Below the pieces are notes generated by a model. That model saw nothing but the letters and a program-made list of their open reading frames with translations. It searched no databases and was not told the origin of the DNA. Source: Dehalococcoidia bacterium (GTDB lineage: Bacteria; Chloroflexota; Dehalococcoidia; Lucifugimonadales; UBA3495). From it: a stretch of DNA of 64,000 nt. Numbering within the stretch: the first letter of the stretch is position 1; each line of letters begins with the position of its first letter. The stretch covers positions 11,221 through 75,220 of the forward strand of contig JBGPJN010000001.1 in NCBI GenBank assembly GCA_041485445.1, given 5' to 3'. The position numbers and the translations under genes are program-made. Of the stretch, positions 17,355 to 27,181 are shown in pieces.

Positions 17355-20300
17355 TCAGGCTTCCCCCGCGCGGAGCAGCCGCTGCACGTCCAGCCTGGCC
17401 GTCAGCCGGGCCAGCCACCACGCGGTGCCAGCCACCACCCCTGCCAGGAGCGAATATGCCACCGCCAGATTAACCCAATCGGCCTGGAGCACCATAGGTG
17501 GAGTTACCCGGACGCCGCCTTCCCCAACTTCCAGCAGCGGCAGCAGGCTGGCGCCCACCTGCCGCCCGGCCAGGGTGCCCAGGCCAATGCCGCAGGCCGC
17601 CACCATAGCCAGGTTGAACCATACCACGCCGTTGACCTGGTTTTGGGAAGCGCCCAGGGTGCGCAACAACGCAAACTCCACCCGGCGTTCTCGCGTGTCC
17701 AGGTAACAGAATAGCATCACTCCGGAGGCACTGGCCAGCACCACCGCCAGGAACATCAGGACCAGCAGCCCGCCCCATCCGGCGTTGACCAGGGGCTGGT
17801 CCACCCGCTGGGCCGCCAGCTCCGAAGCTAGGTTGATCTCCTTCACCCGCAGGCCCTGGCTGCCCAGAGCCTGAGTAGTTGGCGTCAGATCGGTTACAGA
17901 AGCGTCCCACTGGCCCCACAGCTCGTTGGCCCCTCCCACCAGTCTCCGGCTGTGCCGGTTGCCGTAGGCTCGGAAAGTGTCCAGGTCCAGCACCACAAAG
18001 GGGCTCTGCCGAGGGTCCAGAGTGGGGAAGTAGTCCGCCACGGCCGCTACTTGGATGGGCAAAGCGTACGTGGACAGGCTCAGCCGGAGGGTGTCTCCGG
18101 GGCGGGCCTGGGCCGTCTGGAGGAGATTTTGGCTCACCAGTGCGGGTATGGGCACTTCCGGCGGGCCGGCGGAGATGCCCCGGAAGCCGATGCCCCCAGG
18201 GGACCAACTGAAGGCTGCCGACCTGGCCTGACCGGGCAAGGTCACCGACTCGCTGGCCTCCAGCGCATACAGGCCGGGCCTGGAATAATCCTCCACCGCC
18301 TGCCAACCGTCCAGGGTCTGGAAATCGGCCAGCACCTTCTCTCCCGCCGGAGTGAGGGCGGCCAGCGTCCCGAAGAAGAGTACCCCCGGCTCGTTAATGC
18401 CGAAGTTGCTGGTGACCTGGAGGCCCTGCAATGTAAATGGGGGAGTCGGCACAGGCGCCGGGCCGCCACCGGCTGGCCTGGGACCCGCCGGAGCCAGCGG
18501 CGTCAGGCTGGCCTCCAACCGTTGCCATCCCCGGCTGCGCATCTCCCCCAGGCGCACGTCGAAGTAGTAGCCGCGGATGTCGCTGAGCCGCGCCTGGACC
18601 GACAGCCGGGAGTCGGGCCGCCCCGGGTTGGCCCAAAGCACCAAGGCCGTGGCCTCCAGCGGCAGCCCCACCCCGCCGGTGACATCCTCACCCGGCTTTG
18701 CCTGCTCCTTCCGCGGAAGGACGGTCAGGGCGCTGGGTGAGATGGCCGCCATCAGGTCCGCTAGGGGCTTGCCGTCCGCAAAGTCGGGCCGGTACCAGGC
18801 CACCTGGTCAAAGCTGCCGGTATCCACCGCCAGGACGGAGACCTGAGTGGAGCTGAACCCCCGGGTCAACAAGTGGCCGCTGGCCCGTTGCACCTCGGCA
18901 GCGACCCCGGACGGGACCAACTCCCCCGCCGACACCAGCGAAGGCCTGACGGACTGATCCCCGTCGTGTTCAATCCGCAGACCGGCCCCGGCGGCGTACT
19001 GGGCACGGTCCTGCTGACTGCGGGCCAGGGTGGCGTTGAAAGTGCTGCCGACTACTCCCAGGGCAGTGGCCAGCATCAACAATATCACCAGGCTACCAGG
19101 CGGGACGGGGTCCCGGGACAGGCGCTTCAGCCCGTGGACCAGCCAGGCCTGCCCCAGCGGCTCAGCGCCTCTGGCCAGCAGCGCCCAGCCCACGGGCAGG
19201 ATGCGCATCACTAATAGAGCCACCGCCAGCAGCCCCAGGACCGGCGCCAGCATCAGGCTCAGATCCAGCTCCAGTCCTTCGGCGGAGGGGCCCGCCCCCA
19301 GGGGGCGCACCAGAAACGAGCCCCTAGTTCTGACCTGCCACCACAGGAGGCCGATCAAGGCCAGCAACAAGAGGTCCAGGTAGTAGCGGTGGATAAAGGT
19401 GGTGCTGGGTGGGCGGGCGCCGGCCTGGTGGTACTCCACAATGCCGCGGCGGGCAGCCACCAGGGAGGATATGGTCAGCACCGCCACTGCCAGCAGCGCC
19501 CCGGCGGCGCCCAGAAGCAGGGCCCGCGGGGAAAGGGTTATGGTCACCAAATCAACTCCGCCGGGCGGGTTGAAAAAGAGACCGCCCAGAATCCGGGCGG
19601 TGCCCAGGGCCAGCGGCACTCCCAGTCCCAGGGCCGGCACGGCCAGCACCAAGGCCTCCACCAGCACCATTAGCCCCACCTGCCGGGTGGTACACCCCCG
19701 GCTCTTCAGCAGGGCGATCTCTGCACTGCGGGAACGCACCACCAGTCCGGCGATTAGGGACAGGTAGTAGATAAGAATGCCGGTGACCAGGAGGAGCATC
19801 AGGAAGAGGGGGATGCGGGCCAAGAGCAACTGTTCCTTGTACTCCTCCAGCACTCGGCCCAACCGCAAGTTGTAGCTGGAGCGTTGCAGGCCGGCGCGCA
19901 CGTCGCGTTCCACTTGCAGGATCGTCTGTTGGAGGTCTGCCACCTCACTGGCGTGTACTCCGCCCCGGTCCAGGTAAAAAACCCAGGTGACGTTGGTGTA
20001 GAGTCCGGGGTAGGTCCGGGCCACCGGCCCCAGGATGGTGTCTTCAGCGGTGAACATAGGTACGACGGTCCACCGGTTGTCCCGGTAGCTGAAGGCCCCC
20101 TGGGTGCCATACCAGAACTCATCCTCAGGGGCGACCCGGCGGAAGACCCCTGCAATCTTGACCTTGACCCGCACCGGCGCAGGCTCGGCAACGCCGCTGG
20201 CGGGGTACACCCACATCTCTTGTCCCACGCTCAGCTGGAGCAGGTCCGCCCCCAGAGCGTCCAGCGCCACCTCCAGGGGCTCCTGCTGGGACAATGGCCG

Positions 20301-20792
20301 GCCGCTGGCTTCTGACCAGGGCCAGTGCCCCTGGACCAACTCCGCACGGCCTGGTTCCTGGAGACCGCGCAGGTACTGAAACTTACCGCGGGGTCGCGCT
20401 TGGTCGGGCCCCGCCAGGTGGGGATGTCCCTCAAAAAAGAAGGTGCCGGTTTCCAGGAGCAGCTCTCGGTGTTCCTCCAGGTAAGGCTGCAGGGGGGTAA
20501 AGACTCGGAGCGCAACGTACTCATTGCTGCGCTGGTACATGGAGGACCGGGGAGAGACTACCGAGGGATCGTCCAGGTCGTTAAAGACCCGCACCAGGAA
20601 GTTGGCATCCTCCGGCGTGGCCTCATGCAGGGAACGGCGCAGGGCGGCCTCCGCCACCAGATCGGAGAACACCACGCCGCTGGCTAGCAGGGCCACCGCC
20701 AGGGTGATCCCCAGGAACACGGCCAACTCCAGCTTCCATGCGGAGGTGATGCGGCGCCAGGCGATGACGTAAGCCAGTTGCAGAAGGGACAT
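17355..20792 (-). CDS. large FtsX-family ABC permease (two FtsX modules, large extracytoplasmic domains)
   Basis: FtsX-like segments lie around LLKSRGCTTRQV and at the C-terminus (LLRTLGASQNQV). There are multiple TM stretches. I chose the start at MSLLQLAY; the ORF track extends to 20867. Confidence 0.8.
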   Translation of the reverse strand: MSLLQLAYVIAWRRITSAWKLELAVFLGITLAVALLASGVVFSDLVAEAALRRSLHEATPEDANFLVRVFNDLDDPSVVSPRSSMYQRSNEYVALRVFTPLQPYLEEHRELLLETGTFFFEGHPHLAGPDQARPRGKFQYLRGLQEPGRAELVQGHWPWSEASGRPLSQQEPLEVALDALGADLLQLSVGQEMWVYPASGVAEPAPVRVKVKIAGVFRRVAPEDEFWYGTQGAFSYRDNRWTVVPMFTAEDTILGPVARTYPGLYTNVTWVFYLDRGGVHASEVADLQQTILQVERDVRAGLQRSSYNLRLGRVLEEYKEQLLLARIPLFLMLLLVTGILIYYLSLIAGLVVRSRSAEIALLKSRGCTTRQVGLMVLVEALVLAVPALGLGVPLALGTARILGGLFFNPPGGVDLVTITLSPRALLLGAAGALLAVAVLTISSLVAARRGIVEYHQAGARPPSTTFIHRYYLDLLLLALIGLLWWQVRTRGSFLVRPLGAGPSAEGLELDLSLMLAPVLGLLAVALLVMRILPVGWALLARGAEPLGQAWLVHGLKRLSRDPVPPGSLVILLMLATALGVVGSTFNATLARSQQDRAQYAAGAGLRIEHDGDQSVRPSLVSAGELVPSGVAAEVQRASGHLLTRGFSSTQVSVLAVDTGSFDQVAWYRPDFADGKPLADLMAAISPSALTVLPRKEQAKPGEDVTGGVGLPLEATALVLWANPGRPDSRLSVQARLSDIRGYYFDVRLGEMRSRGWQRLEASLTPLAPAGPRPAGGGPAPVPTPPFTLQGLQVTSNFGINEPGVLFFGTLAALTPAGEKVLADFQTLDGWQAVEDYSRPGLYALEASESVTLPGQARSAAFSWSPGGIGFRGISAGPPEVPIPALVSQNLLQTAQARPGDTLRLSLSTYALPIQVAAVADYFPTLDPRQSPFVVLDLDTFRAYGNRHSRRLVGGANELWGQWDASVTDLTPTTQALGSQGLRVKEINLASELAAQRVDQPLVNAGWGGLLVLMFLAVVLASASGVMLFCYLDTRERRVEFALLRTLGASQNQVNGVVWFNLAMVAACGIGLGTLAGRQVGASLLPLLEVGEGGVRVTPPMVLQADWVNLAVAYSLLAGVVAGTAWWLARLTARLDVQRLLRAGEA

Positions 20793-20841
20793 CCCGGCCT
20801 CAGGTCGCACAGCTTTCGGTGAATGAGGGCTCGTGGCGATT

Positions 20842-23800
20842 CTATCCCGCCGTCCGCAGTATATCAAACGCCTTGAGCCGGCTGGCCGACCAGGCCGCCA
20901 GCGCCACGGACAGGAGGGTCGCCTCCACCAGGTTCAGGACCACCACGCCCACCAGCCAGCCTCGGACGTTGAAGACCATTGGGGGGATGACTTCCCGTCC
21001 GCTGGAGGTGAGGTCCAAGAATCCCAGCACCCACTGGCCCAGCCAGAGCCCCAGGGCGCCGCCCGCGGCCAGGGCCAAGATGGTCACCATGGCCCGTTCT
21101 AAGGCCAGGCCCAGGAAAAGCTGGCGACTGGAAAATCCCAGGGCCTTGACCACGGCCAGGTCCACCCGCTGGGCCTTGACCGCCACCACCGCATGGATGC
21201 CCAAGGCCAGCACCACAGTCACAGTCAAGGACCCCAGGGCAATCAGGGTGAGGCCGTCCCATCCACCGCCCGCCAGGGGGTCTCGCCCGGCCAACTGGGC
21301 GGCGGCTTTACCATCCCGCACCGAGGCGAAGCTGGGCAAGCGTTGGCGCAGCGCCAGCAGCACCTCTTCCCGGCTGGCGCTCTCTTCCACCGAGATCCAC
21401 GCTTCCTCAGGAGGTTGCACGCCGCCTCCGCCGACCCGGCTCAGGAAGTTCGCGTAGTCTTCCAGGGATACCAGGAGGAAGGGCTGCAGCGATGGGTCAA
21501 TGGTGGGGAAAAAGTTGGTCACTTCCCGGATGGTCACCAGCAAGACCTGCCTGCCGGCCCGCATGCGCACCTCCTGCCCTGGCTGGAAGGTAGGTCCGCC
21601 AATGGCGGGCAGCGGGAAGGGTCCCGGCGGCAGGAACGCCCCCCTGGGCGTTTCACCCGGCCCGCCTTGATCCCAGGAGTAGCTCAGCCCCGCCTGGCCG
21701 CTGCGAGCGCTTTGGCGTGTGCGCTCCACCGCATCTGCCACCGGTCCCGCGTGGGCCAGGGGCGCCCATCCGCCCGGAGCTTCGTACCCTTCGATGACCA
21801 TTCCGCCAGCGGGCAGCGCGGGTCCATTGACGGTTACGTCGTCCAGACTGACACTGCCCGGCGGCATTCTGGCGAAGGAACTGCCGGTGAGAAAAATGGA
21901 CACCAGGCCCCATTGCGGCTCCGGGGCGTTGGGCGCGCCGCCTGGGGCAAATGAGGAGTCAGGCAAGTTGGGCAAAGGGGCTTCCAAATAACCCCAGCCG
22001 GCGGCGCTGGAGATTGGAAGAGCGCCCAGGAGCACATCCCGGTGCTGGCCCTTGCCATCGGCCACCCGCGCCCACAAATTTAACGGTTGATGGAGGGGTC
22101 CCAGGTTCACTCGGTCGGTGTTGGCCCATACTCCGATGCTGGAGGCTTCGGCCGGGATTGGGATTCCCAGGGCTGGGTCCAGCAGGCCTGGGCTGATGGC
22201 GGTCCCGCCGGATACCGGCACCGCGGCTCCTTGCCGCAGGGACGCCAGGAGCTCTCGCAGGTCTTTGCCTGATGGCGAAAGGTCGTGCCGGTACCACCCG
22301 GCGGCGGGCAGAGTGTTAGGGTCCACTGCCACCAGCGCCGCCGATGCCTCGGAAAAGCCGCCCAGCAGGGTCACCGCCTCACGGCTGACTGGGCTCACCA
22401 CGCCCACGCCGGGCAGGGCGGACAACTCACGCTGGAGAGTGGGTTCAAAGGAGGGTCCTTTCACCACCACATCGCCGCCCACCTCGTACCGGGCCTGTTC
22501 CTGCTGGCTCCAGGACAGGGTTGACTGGAAGCTGGCCCCAAAGACTCCCAGGGCGGCGGACAGCATCACAATGACCACCAGGGAGGTATAGGGCAGCGGG
22601 TCCCGGGCCATTCGCGCCAGGGAGAAGGATGTCCAGGGGGGCGCCCACCGGCGTCCAGCCGCGCTCATTAATCGCATGAGCCACGGCATGACCCGCGCCA
22701 CCAGCAGGGCCGCCGCCACCAGCGCCAGGGTTGGGCCCAAGAGCAAGCTGGGGTCTACCACCTCCGGCGTGCGGGCCACCAAGCCCTGCTCCACAAAGCC
22801 TCCCCTGCCGCGGACCTGCCACCACACCAACCCCAACGCGCCCAGCGCCAGCAGGTCTAGGTAGTAACGCTGCAGGAAAGGCAAGGTAGGCGGTCTGGCC
22901 CGCAATCGCAAATACTCCACCGTACCCAGGCGGGCCATGCTCACGCCCGAGGCCAGCAATGTGCCCAGGGCCAGCACACCGCCGATGGCCCCAAACCAGA
23001 ACATGTCGGCGTCCAGCGCCACGGTCAGAGCGTCAGCGCCGCCGCCCGCGGGGTTTATGGTGCTTAGCAGGAGGCCGCGCACCATGGCCAGCGCCAAGAA
23101 TGGCCCGGCCACCACCGCCACCAGAATCCCGACCCCCTCCGCCAAGGCCAGCAGCCCCATTACCTGTAAGAGGCTGGCCCCCCGGCTGCGCAGCAGGCTG
23201 GCTTCGTCACTGCGGGTGCTTGCCATCAGCCCCACCACCACGGCCAGGAAATAGAGGATGACCACCACCACCAGAGAGATAAAGAGGAAAAGGGACACGC
23301 GCGCCAGGGTGAGCCTCCGCTGGTAGTCGGCCAGGGTGTTTTTCAGTCCGCTCAACACCAGGGACCGAGGAAACTGCTTGTTTATGTCAGTTTCCAAGGC
23401 CAGCATAGAGGCCCTGGCGGGCTCGGCAGTATCGGCTCGCAGCACCCGTGTGTCAAAGAAGAGAAACCAACTGTAGTCGCCCACCAAGGAAGGGTAGCGC
23501 GCCCCCAGGCCGCCAAAGAACGCGTCTTCTGGGACAAAGAAAGGCGCCAAGGGGCGGCCTGCGTAGTCCTGTATGGTGAAGTAGGTTGGGAACCCCATCC
23601 AGTACGGCTCGTTGGGGTCAGTGGGCTCCGCCAGGCCCACCACGGTGAGGGCGATGCGCTCCGGCGGGTCGGCACGGAATGGGATCAAGTAAAGCTGGGT
23701 GCCTACCTTCCACTGCATGGCGGCGGCAGTCTGCCGGCCCACCACCGCCTCTAGGGCCACGCCCTGGGCATGCAGCACCGGAGCAGATTCTGGCCAGCGT

Positions 23801-24237
23801 CCCTGCGCTAACCGCGAGTGCTGCTGGAAGTCGGTAAGGAAAAAGGGCCGGCCCAAAATGCTCTCAGGGCTTGCGGAATCGCCCTGAGGGCCGGAGACCA
23901 GCGGGAGGTTGGATTGCGTGCGGCCCGAGCGGTGCACCTCTCGGATCAAGTTGCCCACGCGCGCTTCCGCGATGCCCTCCACGGTCGAGCGCAGCCTCTG
24001 GTAATCCGCCGCGCCCAGAGGCCGGTTCTCCACGATAATCCATGTGTCCAGGACGCTTTGGGGGGTTGTGTCTAGGGCATGGCGCAGCCCGCCTTCAGCT
24101 ATAACTCGGGAGTAGCTGGCGCCGATGGCCAGGAGGGTTACGGCGGCAAGGACGCCAAAGGTGGTTACCGCCAGGAGGAACCAGGAAGAGGGGAGACGCC
24201 GGTACAGCAGCCACAACAGTGCCCTGGTCCATCTCAT
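20842..24237 (-). CDS. large FtsX-family ABC permease (paralog of the downstream gene)
   Basis: It is 1131 aa. FtsX-like segments (LLRSRGASLLQV and VVKALGFSSRQL) are each followed by TM helices, and the architecture matches 17355-20792. Confidence 0.8.
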   Translation of the reverse strand: MRWTRALLWLLYRRLPSSWFLLAVTTFGVLAAVTLLAIGASYSRVIAEGGLRHALDTTPQSVLDTWIIVENRPLGAADYQRLRSTVEGIAEARVGNLIREVHRSGRTQSNLPLVSGPQGDSASPESILGRPFFLTDFQQHSRLAQGRWPESAPVLHAQGVALEAVVGRQTAAAMQWKVGTQLYLIPFRADPPERIALTVVGLAEPTDPNEPYWMGFPTYFTIQDYAGRPLAPFFVPEDAFFGGLGARYPSLVGDYSWFLFFDTRVLRADTAEPARASMLALETDINKQFPRSLVLSGLKNTLADYQRRLTLARVSLFLFISLVVVVILYFLAVVVGLMASTRSDEASLLRSRGASLLQVMGLLALAEGVGILVAVVAGPFLALAMVRGLLLSTINPAGGGADALTVALDADMFWFGAIGGVLALGTLLASGVSMARLGTVEYLRLRARPPTLPFLQRYYLDLLALGALGLVWWQVRGRGGFVEQGLVARTPEVVDPSLLLGPTLALVAAALLVARVMPWLMRLMSAAGRRWAPPWTSFSLARMARDPLPYTSLVVIVMLSAALGVFGASFQSTLSWSQQEQARYEVGGDVVVKGPSFEPTLQRELSALPGVGVVSPVSREAVTLLGGFSEASAALVAVDPNTLPAAGWYRHDLSPSGKDLRELLASLRQGAAVPVSGGTAISPGLLDPALGIPIPAEASSIGVWANTDRVNLGPLHQPLNLWARVADGKGQHRDVLLGALPISSAAGWGYLEAPLPNLPDSSFAPGGAPNAPEPQWGLVSIFLTGSSFARMPPGSVSLDDVTVNGPALPAGGMVIEGYEAPGGWAPLAHAGPVADAVERTRQSARSGQAGLSYSWDQGGPGETPRGAFLPPGPFPLPAIGGPTFQPGQEVRMRAGRQVLLVTIREVTNFFPTIDPSLQPFLLVSLEDYANFLSRVGGGGVQPPEEAWISVEESASREEVLLALRQRLPSFASVRDGKAAAQLAGRDPLAGGGWDGLTLIALGSLTVTVVLALGIHAVVAVKAQRVDLAVVKALGFSSRQLFLGLALERAMVTILALAAGGALGLWLGQWVLGFLDLTSSGREVIPPMVFNVRGWLVGVVVLNLVEATLLSVALAAWSASRLKAFDILRTAG

Positions 24238-24329
24238 GGCTTAAGTTGCGATCTCAGCTAGCATTGAGTTGGAGTCCGCTTCCCCAGGGGTGAGATAAGG
24301 CCCTCTCATTGATGATGGATCATACGCCC

Positions 24330-24668
24330 GTGCATGGCCCCCCACAAGCCGAAAAGGTGTCTGCCTTGCAGGGCACACCTTTGGCCGCCAGTCTATCTGT
24401 CGCCTCCCCGATCTCGTGGCACAATTCCACCCGCTCAATATGCAATTCCCTTCAGTATTACCGATTTTACATCACCGGTGGCTAGCGTGCCCAGGACTTG
24501 GTAGTGGGTCAGTTTGTTACGGCAGGGAGCGGGGACGCTATCCGTCTCACCGGCGAAGGCCGGTGTCCAGGTACGACCGTGGTTGAGATGCTCTGGTGGA
24601 TTCCGGCTTGCGCCGGAAAGACGAGGACCTATCTGACCCACTACCCAGGACTCCCATACTGGAGCGCC
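24330..24668. repeat. roughly 190-bp dispersed repeat (copy X), interrupted by MITE copy A
   Basis: Once 24499-24652 is removed, this stretch aligns by eye with 54128-54308. Shared blocks include ATTCCACCCGCTCAATAT, TACCGATT and CCCAGGACTCCC..TGGAGCGC. Confidence 0.6.
24499..24644. mobile_element. MITE copy A (non-autonomous, about 146 bp)
   Basis: The terminal inverted repeats are TGGTAGTGGGTCAG ... CTGACCCACTAC. Two internal GC hairpins are present. The element is flanked by an 8-bp direct repeat CCAGGACT (24491-24498 and 24645-24652). Confidence 0.8.
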
Positions 24669-24688
24669 AGGGCCCTTTCACTTTCCTC

Positions 24689-24795
24689 CACTCGCTGGTC
24701 GAGTAGTCCCGATAAAATCGGGACGTATCGAGATCAACGGGGAGACGGGTTTCGATACGTCCCGACTGCGGTCGGGACTACTCGACCAGCGAGTG
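24689..24795. repeat. nested palindromic element (24-bp perfect outer IR, 14-bp perfect inner IR, four TCCCGA/TCGGGA cores)
   Basis: CACTCGCTGGTCGAGTAGTCCCGA (24689-24712) is the exact reverse complement of 24772-24795. TCGGGACGTATCGA (24718-24731) is the exact reverse complement of 24752-24765. Confidence 0.8.
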
Positions 24796-24864
24796 CAAGG
24801 CCCTTGCGGCGACCGACAATGAAAAGGAAAAGGCCCTGCCGGGGGCGGCGTTCCACTTGACCAG

Positions 24865-25377
24865 ATGGCCGACGGGCAATATAGTTTCCCGGTGCAACAA
24901 TTGGAATCTGAAACAGCGCCCGGTGTCTCCCAGTCCGAGCACTGCTCCGCCCAGTTGTTGGACGTGGTCCCGTTAATCATGCGCCATATCCGCATTGCAA
25001 CGCGGCATCCGGCCGTCCCGGGCATTTCTGATCACCAGCTCCGTTGCCTGAGATATCTGCGGGACCACCCTGGGGCGTCACTCTCCCAGTTGGCCGAGTA
25101 TCTTGGCCTGACCATGCCTTCCACATCGAAGCTGGTCCAACGGTTGGTGACGCGGGACGTGGTGGTGCGCCGCGTGGGCGCAGACCGGCGCCGTGTCTGC
25201 CTGTCGCTGACGGAGCAGGGTCGGATCTCAGTGGCGCTAGCCCGTGGGGAAACGCGCCAGGAACTGTCAGAAAGTCTGCACTCCCTGTCCCACGAGGAAC
25301 TGGCCAAAGTGTCGGCTGCCTTCATGATCCTGCGCCGGGTCTTTTTGCGAGGTGATGTCGGTGTCAACATACCTTAG
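24865..25377 (+). CDS. MarR family transcriptional regulator
   Basis: The winged-helix segment reads LRYLRDHPGASLSQLAEYLGLTMPSTSKLVQRLVTRDVVVRRVGADRRRVCLSLTEQG. The gene sits immediately upstream of the ABC exporter pair. Confidence 0.85.
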   Translation: MADGQYSFPVQQLESETAPGVSQSEHCSAQLLDVVPLIMRHIRIATRHPAVPGISDHQLRCLRYLRDHPGASLSQLAEYLGLTMPSTSKLVQRLVTRDVVVRRVGADRRRVCLSLTEQGRISVALARGETRQELSESLHSLSHEELAKVSAAFMILRRVFLRGDVGVNIP

Positions 25378-27142
25378 ACTCTATGTGCTGGCCTTCCGCT
25401 ACAAGACACGCGTAGCGTTCGCCTGGCTCTGCGTGGTCGGAGCCGGGGCTTTTCTTCTCATAAGTCCCCGGTTGGTGGCGTGGGCCATAGATTTCGGCAT
25501 CCAGAAGCAGCACCAACATCGCTATCTTGTCTTGGTGGCAGCGGCCCTGGCCATCCTTGTGGCGGCTGGCCTGCGCTCTCTATGCACCTATGGACAGCAA
25601 TTCCTGGGTCAATGGCTTGCCCAGCGCGTGGCCTACGACCTGCGCAACGCCATCTACAACCGGCTTCAGCGCCTATCCTTTGCTTACCATGACAAACACC
25701 AGACGGGGCAGCTAATGTCCCGGGCCACCCAGGATGTGGAGGCGGTGCAGCAGTTTATTCAGATGGGAATCCTTCGCGCTTCCTACTTTACGATAGTCAT
25801 GATCGGTTCATTGGTCCTGATGCTGCTCAGCGACTGGCGCCTGGCGCTGGTCACATCGCCCTTCTTGGTGGCTATTGCAGTGAGTTCAGGCTTTTTCAGC
25901 ACCATGCTCCGGGCCACATGGTCCCGGGTCCAAGAAGGACTGGCCCGGCTCACCACCATACTCCAGGAGAACCTGTCCGGCGTCCGAGTGGTGAAGTCCT
26001 TCGGCCGTGAAGACCTGGAGGTAACCAAGTTCACTGAGGCGGCGGAAACCCTGTTCAGAGACTCCTACGACTCCACACGGTTGCAGTCCATTTCTGTGCC
26101 CACCATGGCGGGAGTCTGGATGCTGGGCATGGCGGCCACCATCTGGTTTGGGGGGCGTCAAATAGCCGCCGGCACCCTCACTCAAGGTGAGCTGGCCAGC
26201 TTCGCCCTCTACCTGACCTTGCTGCAGCAACCGCTGCGCAGCCTTGGCATGGTGGTCAATGTCACGGCGAGAGCGTTCTCGGCGGGGCGGCGCATTTTCG
26301 AGATTCTGGACACGGAATCCGCCGTGACCGAAGCGCCGGACGCAGTGACATTGAGCCAGGTCACAGGACACGTTCGCTTTGAGGACGTGTCCTTCGGATA
26401 TAACCGGCTCAGCCCAGTTCTCAGCCATGTCAACATCGATGCCCAGGCGGGGCAGGTGGTCGCCTTGCTCGGTCCCACGGGCAGTGGCAAGACCACCATC
26501 GTAAACCTATTGCCCCGCTTTTACGATGTAAGTGAAGGCCAAATAACTGTCGATGGCCGGGACGTTCGTTCCCTGACGCTGGCGTCGTTGCGGAGGTGCG
26601 TGGCTATCGTCCAGCAGGATGTATTTCTCTTCGCTGGAACCGTCCGCGACAACATCTCCTATGGCGCGCCTTCCGCCACCCAGGAACAGATTGAGTGGGC
26701 GGCGAAGGCAGCGCGCATCCACGACTTCATAATTGGGTTGTCGGACGGCTACGACACCTGGGTTGGCGAACGCGGAGTAACTTTGTCTGGAGGTCAGAAG
26801 CAACGTGTGTCCATCGCACGCACGCTGCTTCTCAACCCGGCGATTCTGGTGCTGGATGACTCGACGGCCAGCGTGGATACCGAAACCGAGTATCTCATCC
26901 AGCAGGCGCTGCAAGAGGTTATGAAAGGCCGAACCACCTTTGTGATTGCGCAGAGGTTACGCACCATCAAGATGGCCGACCAGATATTGGTGTTGCGGAA
27001 GGGTCAGATCATTGAGCGCGGCCGGCACGACGAGTTGGTAAACCAGAACGGCTTCTACCGGCAGATTTACGACCTGGAGCTGCGCGACCAAGAAGAAGCG
27101 CTGGAAAAAGTCGGCCATGCAGCCAGTCCAGCCGCCGCCTGA
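25352..27142 (+). CDS. ABC exporter, fused permease/ATPase half-transporter (MsbA/MdlA-like)
   Basis: A six-TM N-terminal domain is followed by GPTGSGKTT, LSGGQKQR and LVLDDSTASVD. Confidence 0.9.
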   Translation: MMSVSTYLRLYVLAFRYKTRVAFAWLCVVGAGAFLLISPRLVAWAIDFGIQKQHQHRYLVLVAAALAILVAAGLRSLCTYGQQFLGQWLAQRVAYDLRNAIYNRLQRLSFAYHDKHQTGQLMSRATQDVEAVQQFIQMGILRASYFTIVMIGSLVLMLLSDWRLALVTSPFLVAIAVSSGFFSTMLRATWSRVQEGLARLTTILQENLSGVRVVKSFGREDLEVTKFTEAAETLFRDSYDSTRLQSISVPTMAGVWMLGMAATIWFGGRQIAAGTLTQGELASFALYLTLLQQPLRSLGMVVNVTARAFSAGRRIFEILDTESAVTEAPDAVTLSQVTGHVRFEDVSFGYNRLSPVLSHVNIDAQAGQVVALLGPTGSGKTTIVNLLPRFYDVSEGQITVDGRDVRSLTLASLRRCVAIVQQDVFLFAGTVRDNISYGAPSATQEQIEWAAKAARIHDFIIGLSDGYDTWVGERGVTLSGGQKQRVSIARTLLLNPAILVLDDSTASVDTETEYLIQQALQEVMKGRTTFVIAQRLRTIKMADQILVLRKGQIIERGRHDELVNQNGFYRQIYDLELRDQEEALEKVGHAASPAAA

Positions 27143-27181
27143 GCGGATGGCGCCAGAAGGTTTGCCCGCAGTCACGGTCAC

